Shown piece after piece: positions 48,070 through 58,791 of a stretch of 64,000 nt of DNA. The notes below the pieces were generated by a model. The model ran no database searches. It was not told where the DNA came from and saw only the letters and a program-made list of their open reading frames with translations. The position numbers were made by a program, and so were the translations under genes. Source of the stretch: Scenedesmus sp. PABB004 (Eukaryota). How positions within the stretch are numbered: position 1 is the first letter of the stretch; the number at the start of each line of letters is the position of its first letter. The DNA is taken from the NCBI GenBank assembly GCA_014905635.1, contig JABVCE010000022.1, positions 1-64,000 of the forward strand, given 5' to 3'.

Positions 48070-51000
48070 AGCGGCGGTCACGGGGCGCCCGCGGCCCGCC
48101 CGCACCTGGTGGAGGCTGCTGAGGATCCAGCGCTCGCTCAGGCCCAGCCCCGCCCACGACTCCTGCGCGCTGAGGTCGACGCCAGCGAGCGCCGCCCACT
48201 CCTCGTCCGGCACGCCCTGCGCGCCGGGCGCGGGGTGCGCGCGCGGTGTCGGCCGGCCGCCCGCCCCGCGCCGCCTGGCCGGGCTGGGCTCCTCCAGCAG
48301 AGCAACCCCGCGGCGCCCCCCCCCCCTGCCACGCGCCACACGCGCTCCACACGCACACGCAGCACGCACGCAGCACGCGCACAGCACGCGCACAGCACGC
48401 ACGCAGCACGCACGCAGCACGCACACAGCACGCACAGCACGCGCACAGCACAGCACGCACAGCACACGCGCACCTCGAGCTGGAAGGCCACGTACTTGCC
48501 CGCGTTCCAGAGCTTGTTGGTGAAGTTGCGGTTGGCGTTGACGCGGTCGAGGGAGAGGTTGAGGTCCTGCCCCGTGGTCGTGCCTGCGAGGGCGGCAGGG
48601 CCGGGAGCCGGAGGCAGGGACGGACGGAGGCGGACGCAGCGCGCGCGCGCAGTGAGGGCGCGGGGGGAGGGGGGCGTGGGAAGCGCGCGCGCGTGCGCCC
48701 TGTGCGCGGCGGGGCGCACCCGTGGCCATGGTGAAGCGCAGCGCGTCGGTGCCGTAGTCACGCAGCACCTGGGGGGGGGGGGGGCCGAGCGGGGGCGTGT
48801 GGGCGCCGGCACGCGCGCGGCGCGGCGCGGCGGCGCGCACGCAGGACGCCCCCGCCCGCTGCGCTGTGCGGCGCTGTGCGGCGTGGCACGCGGCGGCGGC
48901 GCGCGTCGACGCCTGCTCCGCCCCTCAGCCTTGACCCTAAACCCTGGGGCCCTGTGGGGCCCTGTAAAACCCTGCTCGCCTCGAGCGGGTCGACCACGTT
49001 GCCGAGGCTCTTGCTCATCTTGCGCCCCCGCTCGTCGCGCACGAGGCCGTGCAGGTACACCGTGGAGAAGGGCGCCTCGCCTGGCGGGCGCGCGCGCGGT
49101 GGCGTGCGGGGCGGAGGCGGCGTGGGGCGGGGCGCAGGCGGCATGGGGCGGAGGGTGTGGGCGGGCGGGGGGCGGGGGCAGGCGTGCCGCGCGGCACAGC
49201 GGCGTGCAGCGCGGCACAGCGGCGTGCGGCACGCGCAGCGCACATAGCGTGCGTGCGTGCGCACCGGTGAGGGCGAGGCCCATCATGATCATGCGGGCGA
49301 CCCAAAAGAAGAGGATGTCGTGCCCAGTCTCAAGCACCTGGCCGGCCAGTCCAACAACAGCGTTCGAGTGATGCGGCAACGCGGCGGCGACGCGGGCGCG
49401 CGTGCGGGCGTGCGTGGGTGCAGAGCACGCGGCGGCGCGCGGCGCGCGGCGCGGCGGCGGCGGCGCGCGGAGCGGAGCGGAGAGGCCCGCCGCGCCGGCC
49501 ACGCGGCGCCGCGCCTGCGTGGGATAGAAGGTGGCGAGGTCGGGCGTGGCCTGGGGCCAGCCGAGCGTGGAGAAGGGCCACAGCCCGCTGCTGAACCAGG
49601 TGTCCAGCACGTCCGGCTCCTGCACCAGCACCAGCCCCGCGCCCCACTGCGCCGCCGCCTTGTCGGCAGCCTCGGCCGCGTTGCGCGCGACGACGTAGCT
49701 GCGCGGCGGCCGCGGCGGCGGCGTGGGCGCGGCGGCGACGGCGGCGGCGGCGGCGCGCTGCGCAGTCCGCCCCGCTGGGCGCGGGCGCGCGCGGCGCCGC
49801 ACCGGTCGCTGCGGCCCTCCTCGGCCGCGTCGGCGTCGGCCTGGCTCGCGTGGGCGTACCATACCGGGATGCGGTGCCCCCACCACAGCTGCCGGCTCAC
49901 GCACCAGTCCTGCGCGGCGGGAGGCGGGTTTAGGTGCGGTCGGCCAGTCAAAACACGCAGTCAAAAACAGTCAAAGTCAAAGTAACAAGGTAACAACGCA
50001 GCGCCGCCCCGCGCCTTGATGTTCTCCAGCCAGCCGTTGTAGATGCGCTCGAAGCGCTCCGGCATGATGGTCACCCGCCCGTCCGCGACCGCGGCGAGCG
50101 CGGGCGCCGCGAGCGGGGCCATGCGCACAAACCACTGCTCACTCACGAGCGGCTCCACCACCTCGCCGCCGCGCTGCGACCGCGGGACGCTGGCGCGCGC
50201 GTGCGGCGTCGGGCGGCGGGGTTGAGAGCGCGGGCGGCCGGGGCGGGCGCGCAGGCGGGCGAGGGCGGCCGGGGCAGGCGCGCGGGCGACGGCGGCGGCG
50301 CGGCGCGGGGGCGTCGCCCTCACCGCGTGGTGTAGGGCTCCTTTTTGATCACCAGGCCGGCGGCCTCCATGTCGGCCCACAGCCGCGCGCGCGCATCAAA
50401 GCGGTCCAGCCCCGCGTACGCGCCTGCGCGCGGCGCGACGCGTGGCGCGGCCGGTGAGCTCGCGGCGGCGCCGCGCGGCGGGCTCCGCGGCGCCGCGCCG
50501 CTGCTGCCGGAGCCCCGCCGCCGCCGCGCCGGCCGCACCCGCAGCGGCGTTGAGTGAGCCGTCCTTGTTCATTATGTTGATGGTCGGCAGCCCCACGCGC
50601 GCGCCGATCTCATAGTCGTTCGGGTCGTGCCCTGCGCGTGTGTGGTGTAAACGCCCCCGCGGCGGCGCGGCGGGGTTTAGGGTCGTGCACAGGGGCGCGC
50701 GCGGGCGAACGCGCGGCGCCGATGTTGAGGGCGGCGCGCAGGAGTCGCCGCCCCGAGCCACGCGCGTGCGAGGCGCACCGGGCGTGATCTTGAGCGCGCC
50801 CGTGCCAAACTCCATGTCCACGTAGGCGTCGGCGATGACGGGCACGGTGCGGCCGCCGCCCATGGGCACGGACACCTCGCGCCCCACAAACGCCTTGTAC
50901 CTGCGCGCGGCGCGGCGGGGAGAGGGTGGCGAAGAGGGTGGGTGGACGTGCCGGCGCGCGCGCGCCCCGCGCGGGCCGGAGTGGGCGCGCGCGCGCCCTC

Positions 51001-52979
51001 CCGCTCGCCCCGCGCCGCGCCGCGCCGCGCCGCCGCGCGCCGCGCGCCGCGCACCGCTCGTCGTCCGGGTGCACCGCGACGGCGGTGTCGCCGAGGATGG
51101 TCTCCGGCCGCGTCGTCGCGACGGGCAGGAACTCGCTGCCGTCGCCGCCGGCGAGCGGGTACCTGGCGGATGGGGCAGGCGCGGCGGGGCAGGCGCGGCG
51201 GCGTCGGCGGCGGCGTCAGCGCGACCGGCGGGGGCGCTGCAGCCGGCCGCCGGCGGCGCGGTTTGACGGTCGCATCGACGCCACACACGCACGCGGCGCA
51301 CAGCGCACAGCACACATCCGACACACCCCACCCAGCCCACGCAGCGCACAGCGCACAGCGCACAGCGCGCACAGCGCACACCGAGCAGCGCACAGCGCGC
51401 ACAGCGCACGCGGCGCAGCGCGCGCGCCTGAAGTAGTAGAGGTGCCCCGGCTCCTCCGCGTACTCGACCTCCAGGTCGCTCACCGCCGTGCCGAGGCGGG
51501 GCGACCAGTTGACCATGTAGGCGCCGCGGTACACCAGGCCTGGGGGGGGGGGGGGCGCGGGCGTGCGGCGGTGTGGGCGCATGCGGCGGCGCGGGCGTGC
51601 GGCCGTGCAGCGGCGTGGGCGTGCGACGGTGCGGGTGCGTGGTGGGGCCAAGCGGGGCGCAGCGGGGCGCGCCAGGCGGGGCGGCGCGGCGCACCCTGGT
51701 CGGCGAGGCGCACAAACGCCTCTGCCACGGCCTCGCTGAGCCCCGCGTCGAGTGTGAAGCGCTCGCGCCCCCAGTCGCAGCTCGCGCCGAGGCGGCGCAG
51801 CTGGTTGGTGATCGCGCCGCCGTACTCCTCGCGCCACGCCCACACGCGTGCCTCAAACGCGGCCCGCCCGAGCGCCGCGCGCGAGCCGCCCTCCGCCTCG
51901 AGCTGCTTTTCGACCACGTTCTGCGCGGCGCGTGGCGGGTGGGTGTGCGGTGTGGATGTGGTGGGCGGTGGTGTGCGGTGTGCGGTGGTGTGTGGTGTGC
52001 GGTGGGCGCGGCGGCTGTGGCAGGGAGAGGGGCGCGCGGCGGGCGCGGCGCCGGCCGGCCGCGCCCGCGCGCGCGCGCGCGCGCCTGCGTGGCGATGCCG
52101 GCGTGGTCGGTGCCGGGCAGCCAGAGGGTCTTGCGCCCAGACATGCGCGCGTAGCTGCGGCGCGGCGGGGGCGCGCGCGTCGTCAGCCAGGCCCCGCCGC
52201 GGTGCGCTCCGGCGGGCCGGCCAGGCCCCCGCCCTCGCGGGCCGCCGCGCCCGGCCAGCCACTGCCACCCGCGCCGCCGCGCCGCGCCCCGCGCCACTGC
52301 CGCCCGCGCCGCCGCGCCGCGCACCGCGCCATGACGTCCTGCAGCGTCACAAACATGGCGTGGCCCATGTGCAGCTTGCCGGTCACGTTTGGCGGCGGCA
52401 TCGGCAGCGTGAACGCCGGCCCCGGTGCGGCGGGGTCAGGCGCGAAAAACCCGCTCTCCTCCCACCTGCGCAGGCGTGCGCGCGGGCCGCCGTGAGCGCG
52501 ACGGCGGCGCGCGTGCGGGCGGCGCGGCGCGGCCGGCAGTGCGCGCCGCCTGGGCGCCGGCCGCCGGAGCCGCGCGCGGTCGCACCAGCGATACAGCTCC
52601 TGCTCGCGCGCCGCGGGGTCAAAGTTCTTGGGCAGCTCCTTGCCGGGCCGCGGCGCGGCCGCCGCCGGCGCCGCAGCGTCGCCCGCGGCGGCCGTCGCCT
52701 CTGCGCGGGGCGGGGCAGGCGGGGGCGTGGGCCGCGGCACGCGGCCGGCCGCCCGCCGCGCGCCGCCGGGGCAGCCGCCCGCCCAATTGGCGCGGCGGCG
52801 GCCCGCCCTCGCGCTGCTGCGCCAGCTGCTGCGCCCGCGCGGGCGGGGTGCGCCGCCTCACCTCGCACGGCCGCCGCCGCCGGCGGCAGCAGCGGCGCGC
52901 CGCGCCGCGGCGCGCCAGGCGCCGCGCCCCGCAGGCCGGCGGTGCGCGGGGCGGTCCCGAATGCCGCGCTGCTGACCAT
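46221..52979 (-). CDS. Valyl-tRNA synthetase, organellar type, many introns (start codon uncertain; alternative ATG at 53135)
   Basis: [73 protein letters not shown]-terminal coiled coil. Confidence 0.96.
48350..48470. repeat. Intronic (CAGCACG/CACAG)-type simple repeat; a similar tract lies at 51290-51420
   Basis: Direct reading. Confidence 0.8.
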
Positions 52980-53487
52980 GCCGTGCGTGCGCGCCAGGCC
53001 GGTGCCCCGGCAGCGCGGGGTGCCTGCTGCTGCGCGCATCGTGGTCGCTGTGCCGGCCGGGAGCGCGGCGCTGCCGAGTGCGGTGGTCAGCCGTGCGGCG
53101 CTGCCGAGTGCCAGCACGTGGAGGCCCCTTCGCATAGATTGCTGGCCTGCTCCCCCCGTCCCGGGTGTGGCTGGCCGCGTGCTGCCGCCTGCACCACGGC
53201 CTGGGCGCAGCGGCGCTGTCAGCGGGTCGCGTTCGATCAGAGCGGCGGTCCGCACCGCTCCTGCGCCCGGCCATTGACTCGCGCGCGGCGCGCCGCGCGC
53301 GGCGGCGGTGCAGCGCCGGCGGCTTGCGCGGCGGCGGCGGCGCGTGGCCCCCCTCTCCGCCGGCTCGCAAACCACACCCGTCCCCCCGCCCGCCCACGCT
53401 CCCTGCGTCCAGCCACGCCCCCTGCACGCACCTGCAGCACACGCGGCGGCGCGCAGCGCGTCGGCAGCGGTCGCGGCGGCGGCGGCG

Positions 53488-54620
53488 ATGCTGCGCTCCC
53501 TGCTGCCCGCGCTGGCGCGGGCGCTGGCGGGCGGTGAGGCGGCGGCCTGCGCGTCCCGGGCGGCCAGCGCAGCGGGCGGCCGGCGAGCGGGGGCCGCGGC
53601 GTTCCACGCCAGCGCCGCGCACCGCCACGGCGGCAGCAGCAGCGACGAGGAGGGCGCCGAAACGTGAGTCCGTCATGCGCGGCACCATGCCGGCGCGCGC
53701 CCGGGCGGAGCGGCGGGCCCGATCGGCGCCTGGCGCGGCCGGGGCGGCCCCGAGATGGCCGGTGGTGATGCTGCCGCGCCCCGCCCCGCAGCATCGCGGT
53801 CACGTTTGTGTGCGAGAAGGACGGCAGCGAGGTCACGGTGGCGGCGCCCATCGGCAAGAACCTGCTGGAGGTGGCCCACGCCAACGACGTGGAGCTGGAG
53901 GGTGCGGCGCTGCTGCTGCCGCTGCTGTCGCCCCAGCGGCGCCCGCGCGCCCACCACGCCGCCCCGCGCCCCGACCCACACGCAGGGGCCTGCGAAGCGT
54001 CGCTGGCGTGCTCCACCTGCCACGTGGTCGTGGAGGTGCGGCCGCGGTCGCGGCCGCGGCCCCCGCGGCAGTGAGCGGCGGCGGCGGCCCCGCGGCAGCG
54101 GCGCCGCCGCTGACGTGCGCATGCGCGCGCCCGCAGGACGAGGAGGCGTTCCACAAAATCCCCGAGCCCACCGAGGACGAGCTCGACATGCTGGACCTGG
54201 CGTTCGGCCTCACAGAAACGTGCGCGCCGCGCCCGGCGGCGGGGCGCCGCGCCACGCGCAGGCGGGGCCGCCGCGCGCGGGCGCCGAGTGCCGGCGCCCA
54301 CGCGCACCGCGCGCGCCGCGCGCACCGCCCGCAGGTCGCGGCTGGGGTGTCAGGTGATCGCCGCAAAGGAGCTGGACGGGCTGCGCGTGCGGATACCCGC
54401 GGCGACGCGCAACTTTTACGTGAGTGAGGAGGACAAGGCGGCGCAGGAGCAGCAGCAGGCGAGCCAGCCGCGGTAGCAGCGGGCCAGGCGGCTGCCGGCG
54501 GGCGCGGCAGCGGCCTGACGCCATCGCGGCCGGCGTGGCCGCGGCCATCGTCGAGCCCCGCGCGCCCGCGCGCCGCCTGCCGCCGCGCAGGTGGACGGCC
54601 ACGTGCCCAAGCCGCACTAG
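53488..54620 (+). CDS. Mitochondrial [2Fe-2S] ferredoxin (adrenodoxin/Yah1-like)
   Basis: Presequence, LEG|ACEASLACSTCHV, DMLDLAFGLTET|SRLGCQ, ATRNFY|VDGHVPKPH*. Confidence 0.95.
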
Positions 54621-54978
54621 CGCGGCGGCAGCGGTGGCAGCAGCGGCAGCGGCAGCGGCAGTGTGGGGAACTCAACCAGGGGGGTGCACGAGGGTGTTGC
54701 CAGCCAGCGCGCGGCGGCCAGGCGGGGCCGCCCGCACCACGCACGCGCATGCGCGCGGCCGGCGGCGGTTGCGGGCGGTAACTGCCGACTGTGCAAAGCA
54801 GGAGCTTGCGCCGCGGGCGGGGCTCAAGCGTTCAGCGCCGCCGCTGCCGCGCGCTCGCTCGCTCGCCGCAGCCCGCGTGGCCTTCGAGCAGTGCATCCAC
54901 CCCAGACGAGCCGACGTGTGCGGGCGCCAGGCCGTGCAGTGCTCGACAGCTCGTGGACGCGCGAACGTGTGGGCGCCG

Positions 54979-56682
54979 ATGCAGCTCGCTCCACGAAGCG
55001 CCTGCGTGGGCCGGCCGGCCGGCAGCAGGTCGGCGCCGTGGCCACGCAGCCAACGCGCCGCTGCAGCGGGCGCCGCGGGCTCCCCGCGGCCGGCGCCGGG
55101 CGCCGCCGCCGCTGCCGCGCCCGGGGCCACAGCAGTCGAGACGCCCACGCCGTGGCCCGGCGTCGTTGAAGGGTGAGTCCGGCGTGAGCCATCGACGACG
55201 TCGCGCCCGGCAGCGGCGCGGGGCGCTGCCGGCGACGGGGGCGCTGCCTGGCCGCCCTGGCGCCAGGCGTCCCACGTGCCGCCGTCGCCGCCGCCGCCGC
55301 CGCTGCCGCCACAGCTACTGGACGTGGCGCGGGCACCGCATCCGATACCAGCGCTGCGGCGACGCCGGCGAGCCGGTGCTGCTGGTCCATGGCTTTGGTG
55401 GCAACGCGGACCACTGGCGCAAGAACACGCCGGTGCTGGGCAAGCAGTTCAGGCGCGCCGGGGCGCGGCGGGCGGACACGCTCGCGCGAGCTGGGCGCGC
55501 GCGAGCTAGCCGGCCAGCCCGCCGCCACCGTGCGCGCGCTGCAGGGCGTACGCCATCGACCTGCTGGGCTACGGCTTCAGCGATAAGCCCGACCCCCGCG
55601 CCGCGCCGCGCAACTCGCTGTACAACTTTGACACCTGGGGCGACCAGCTCACTGACTTTACGGAGCAGGTCATCGGCGGCCCCGCCTGGCTCAGCTGCAA
55701 CTCGGTCGGCGGCCTGGCGGGCCTGACCGCGGGCATCCGGCGGCCCGACCTCGTGCGCGGCGTGCAGCTGCTCAACATCAGCCTGCGCGGGCTGCACGTG
55801 GAGCGCCAGGCGCCGTGGCAGCGGCCGCTCGTGGCCGCGTTCCAGCGCTTGCTGCAGTGAGCGCGACGGCGGCCGGGCCGGGCCGCGCCGGCGGCGCGGG
55901 CGCGCCTGCCAGCCAGCCGCCCAACGCCCGCCGCCTCGCCCGCGCTCGCGCCCGCAGGGAGACGCCGCTGGGCGCGGCGTTCTTCGGCAGCGTCGCCACG
56001 CCCGCGACCGTGCGCAGCATCCTGCGCCAGGCCTACGCCGACGGCGCCGCGGTGACCGACGAGCTCGTCGACGTCATCCTCCGCCCCGGGCTCACCGTGC
56101 GCGCCGCGCCGCGCCGCGGCCAGCGCCGGCGCCAGCCCGCCGCGCGCCGGGCGCCGCGACAGGGGCGCCGCGCCGCGCGCGTGAGCGCTGGGCGCCCGCC
56201 GCCGCGCGAGCGCCTCTGCCGCCGCCGCCGCTGCCCCGCCGCGGCGCAGCCGGGCGCGGTGGCCGTCTTCCTTGACTTCATTGGCTTCAGCGGCGGCCCC
56301 CTGCCGGAGCAGCTCCTCGCGGCGACGCCGGCGGGCGTGCCGGTCAGCATCCTCTGGGGCGCGGCCGACCCGTGGGAGGACATGGCCGAGGGGCGGCGCC
56401 TCTTCGCGTCGCAGCCGTGCGTGACGGAGTTTGTCGAGCTGCCGGGCGTCGGCCACTGGTGCGGCGCGCGGGCGGGGCGGGGCGGGGCGGGGGCGGCCCC
56501 GCCGGCGTCGTGCGCCCTGCGCCCTGCGCGCGGCGCCCCGACGGCTGCGTGCCGCCGCCGCCGCGCGCAGCCCTATGGACGAGGCGCCCGACTTGGTGAA
56601 CCCCCTGATTGCGGCCTTCATTGCAAACACCAGCCCCGCCAGCAGCGGCGACGGCGGCGGCGGTGCGGCGCGGCTGAGCTGA
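54979..56682 (+). CDS. Alpha/beta hydrolase (pheophytinase-like clade), probably plastid-targeted
   Basis: WTWRGHRIRYQ, LVHGFGGNADHWRKN, AIDLLGYGFSDKP, nucleophile CNSVGG, LWGAADPWE, GVGH.P.DEAP. Confidence 0.9.
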
Positions 56683-57173
56683 GCGCGGGGTGTAACGCAT
56701 GACCGTCGCTTTACCGCCGCGCGGGAAACAGGCGCCGCCGCTCGCTCGAGCCTTGCCGCAAAGCCAGGACGCCCCCGAGCAGGTTATTCACAGCAGGTTA
56801 TTCACAGCAGCACGCGCGAGACCCCACGTCAGGAAAAAGGAGAAAGGAAAAGGCCCAACCATGCGGGGGCGCTCCTGACATCTCAAGTGCGACTGTGCGC
56901 CAGACTGCGCCACGTGGCGGAGCCGAGCACAGCCGTTGTGCACGACCCTCAAAAGCTCACAGTGCGACGCTGACCCCCGCGTGCTGACCCTCAGCAGCCG
57001 GGACTGCGCAGACCCCGCAGTGCTGACCAGCCAGCCGCCGCCAGTGCCGCCGCCAATACACGATGACACAAGCTACACACACAAGCGGCAGCAGCGAGGT
57101 ACAGCGAGGTACCCAGTGGATGCAGTGCGCGACAGAGATGCGGCTCACCCGCCCGTTCCCGACTGGGCGTAGC

Positions 57174-58301
57174 TCAGCGCCGCCGGGCGCCGCCGTCGCT
57201 CGCGCCCATCTCGCCCTTGAAGTCGGTCACGGCGGCCTTCACGCTGGAGAGGTCGGCATCAGTGGCGTCGCCGTTGGCGACGGCGTCCGACACGTCCGAC
57301 GCAGCAGCGCCCAGCAGCGCGCGCCGCCGCCGGGCGCCGCCGTCGCTCGCGCCCATCTCGCCCTTGAAGTCGGTCACGGCGCTCTGCACGCTGGAGAGGT
57401 CGGCGTCGGTGGCGTCGCCGTTGGCGACGGCGTCCGACACGTCCGACGCAGCAGCGCCCAGCAGCGCGCGCCGCCGCCGGGCGCCGCCGTCGCTCGCGCC
57501 CATCTCGCCCTTGAAGTCGGTCACGGCGCTCTGCACGCTGGAGAGGTCGGCGTCGGTGGCGTCGCCGTTGGCGACGGCGTCCGACACGTCCGACGCAGCA
57601 GCGCCCAGGAGCCGACGGCGGTTGCTGTTGGCCATGGAGGCCTTGGCCGCGGCGATCTCGGCCTTCAGCCCAGCCACCGACGGCGCGTTGTCCTCGTCGT
57701 CGGCGCCAGCGTCGGCGGCCAGCAGGCGGCGGTTGCTGTTGGCCATGGAGGCCTTGGCCGCGGCGATCTCGGCCTTCAGCCCAGCCACCGACGGCGCGTT
57801 GTCCTCGTCGTCGGCGCCAGCGTCGGCGGCCAGCAGGCGGCGGTTGCTGTTGGCCATGGAGGCCTTGGCCGCAGCGATCTCGGCCTTCAGCCCAGCCACC
57901 GACGGCGCGTTGTCGTCGTCGTCGGCGCCAGCGTCGGCGGCCAGCAGGCGGCGGTTGCTGTTGGCCATGGAGGCCTTGGCCGCAGCGATCTCGGCCTTCA
58001 GCCCAGCCACCGACGGCGCGTTGTCGTCGGCGGCGGCGCCCGCGTCGGCGGCGCGCAGCGCGCGGCCTGCGCGCAGGAGAGCGAGCGCGCGGCAGCAGCG
58101 GCGGCGGCGGCGAGTGAGTGAGGGTGCCTGGGCGAGATCCATCCGCGCTCAGGGGCCGAGCGCCGCCGGCTGCTGGCCGCAGGCCGCCGCGCTGACCGCC
58201 AGCCTGGCTGCCAGCCGCGCACCTTGCGCGCTGCCGCAAGCGGCCAGGAGGAGCAGCAGGCTCATCGCCAGGGCGGTGGGGGCCTTGCGGAGGGGAGCCA
58301 T
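57174..58301 (-). CDS. Secreted tandem-repeat polyprotein (signal peptide + 4 A cassettes + 3 B cassettes separated by RxLL sites); 2 exons (58301-58223, 58066-57174), about 323 aa
   Basis: MAPLRKAPTALAMSLLLLLAACGSAQG then repeats; GT-AG intron with a ctcac branch point keeps the frame. Confidence 0.85.
57177..58052 (-). repeat. Coding tandem repeats: 4 x 111 bp (58052-57606) and about 3 x 147 bp (57605-57177)
   Basis: Near-identical units read directly. Confidence 0.95.
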
Positions 58302-58791
58302 GGTCGCTGGCGGCGGGTAGGTCGACGACTCCGGCTTGGGGGCTCGAGCTCGCTCGGCGGTGTGTGGCCGGGGAGCGCGCCGGCCGCGTTTATCAGGCGC
58401 TGGCGGTGGAGTGAGGTTGGAGAGTTAGCAGAGGCTTTGAGAGGCGCGGGCGTGTGAGACCGTCGCCGAGCACTTGCTCCACTCTTCCTGCCCCGCGCCG
58501 CCCGCCGCCGACGCGGCGACCGCCCAGCCTGATCGGAAGCGGCGCGTCGGCGGCCGGTGAGCGGGCGGCTGGGGCGAGCGATGTCACCGGCCGCCGCGCT
58601 GCTGTGATGGGTGAGGGGGCGAGCCGCCGCCGCCATCATCAAAGGCCGTGCTAAGCGCCAACGACGTTACACGGGACGTCCCCGCAGCAAACCAACAGCA
58701 ACTCTGCCTGACTCACCCGCGCGCGGCGCGCGGTCGCTGCTGCACGCAAACCACGCACGCCGCGCGCGCAGCTGCCCCGCGCACGCGCAGC

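Noticed and set aside
57177..58052. Regularly spaced repeats that might suggest a CRISPR array
   Set aside because: Units are whole tandem copies of 111 or 147 bp (multiples of 3) with no unique spacers, inside a spliced eukaryotic CDS, and no cas genes are present.
57217..58320. 367-aa plus-strand repeat ORF
   Set aside because: It is the antisense mirror of the secreted polyprotein; the minus strand has the signal peptide, intron and coding-type codon usage.
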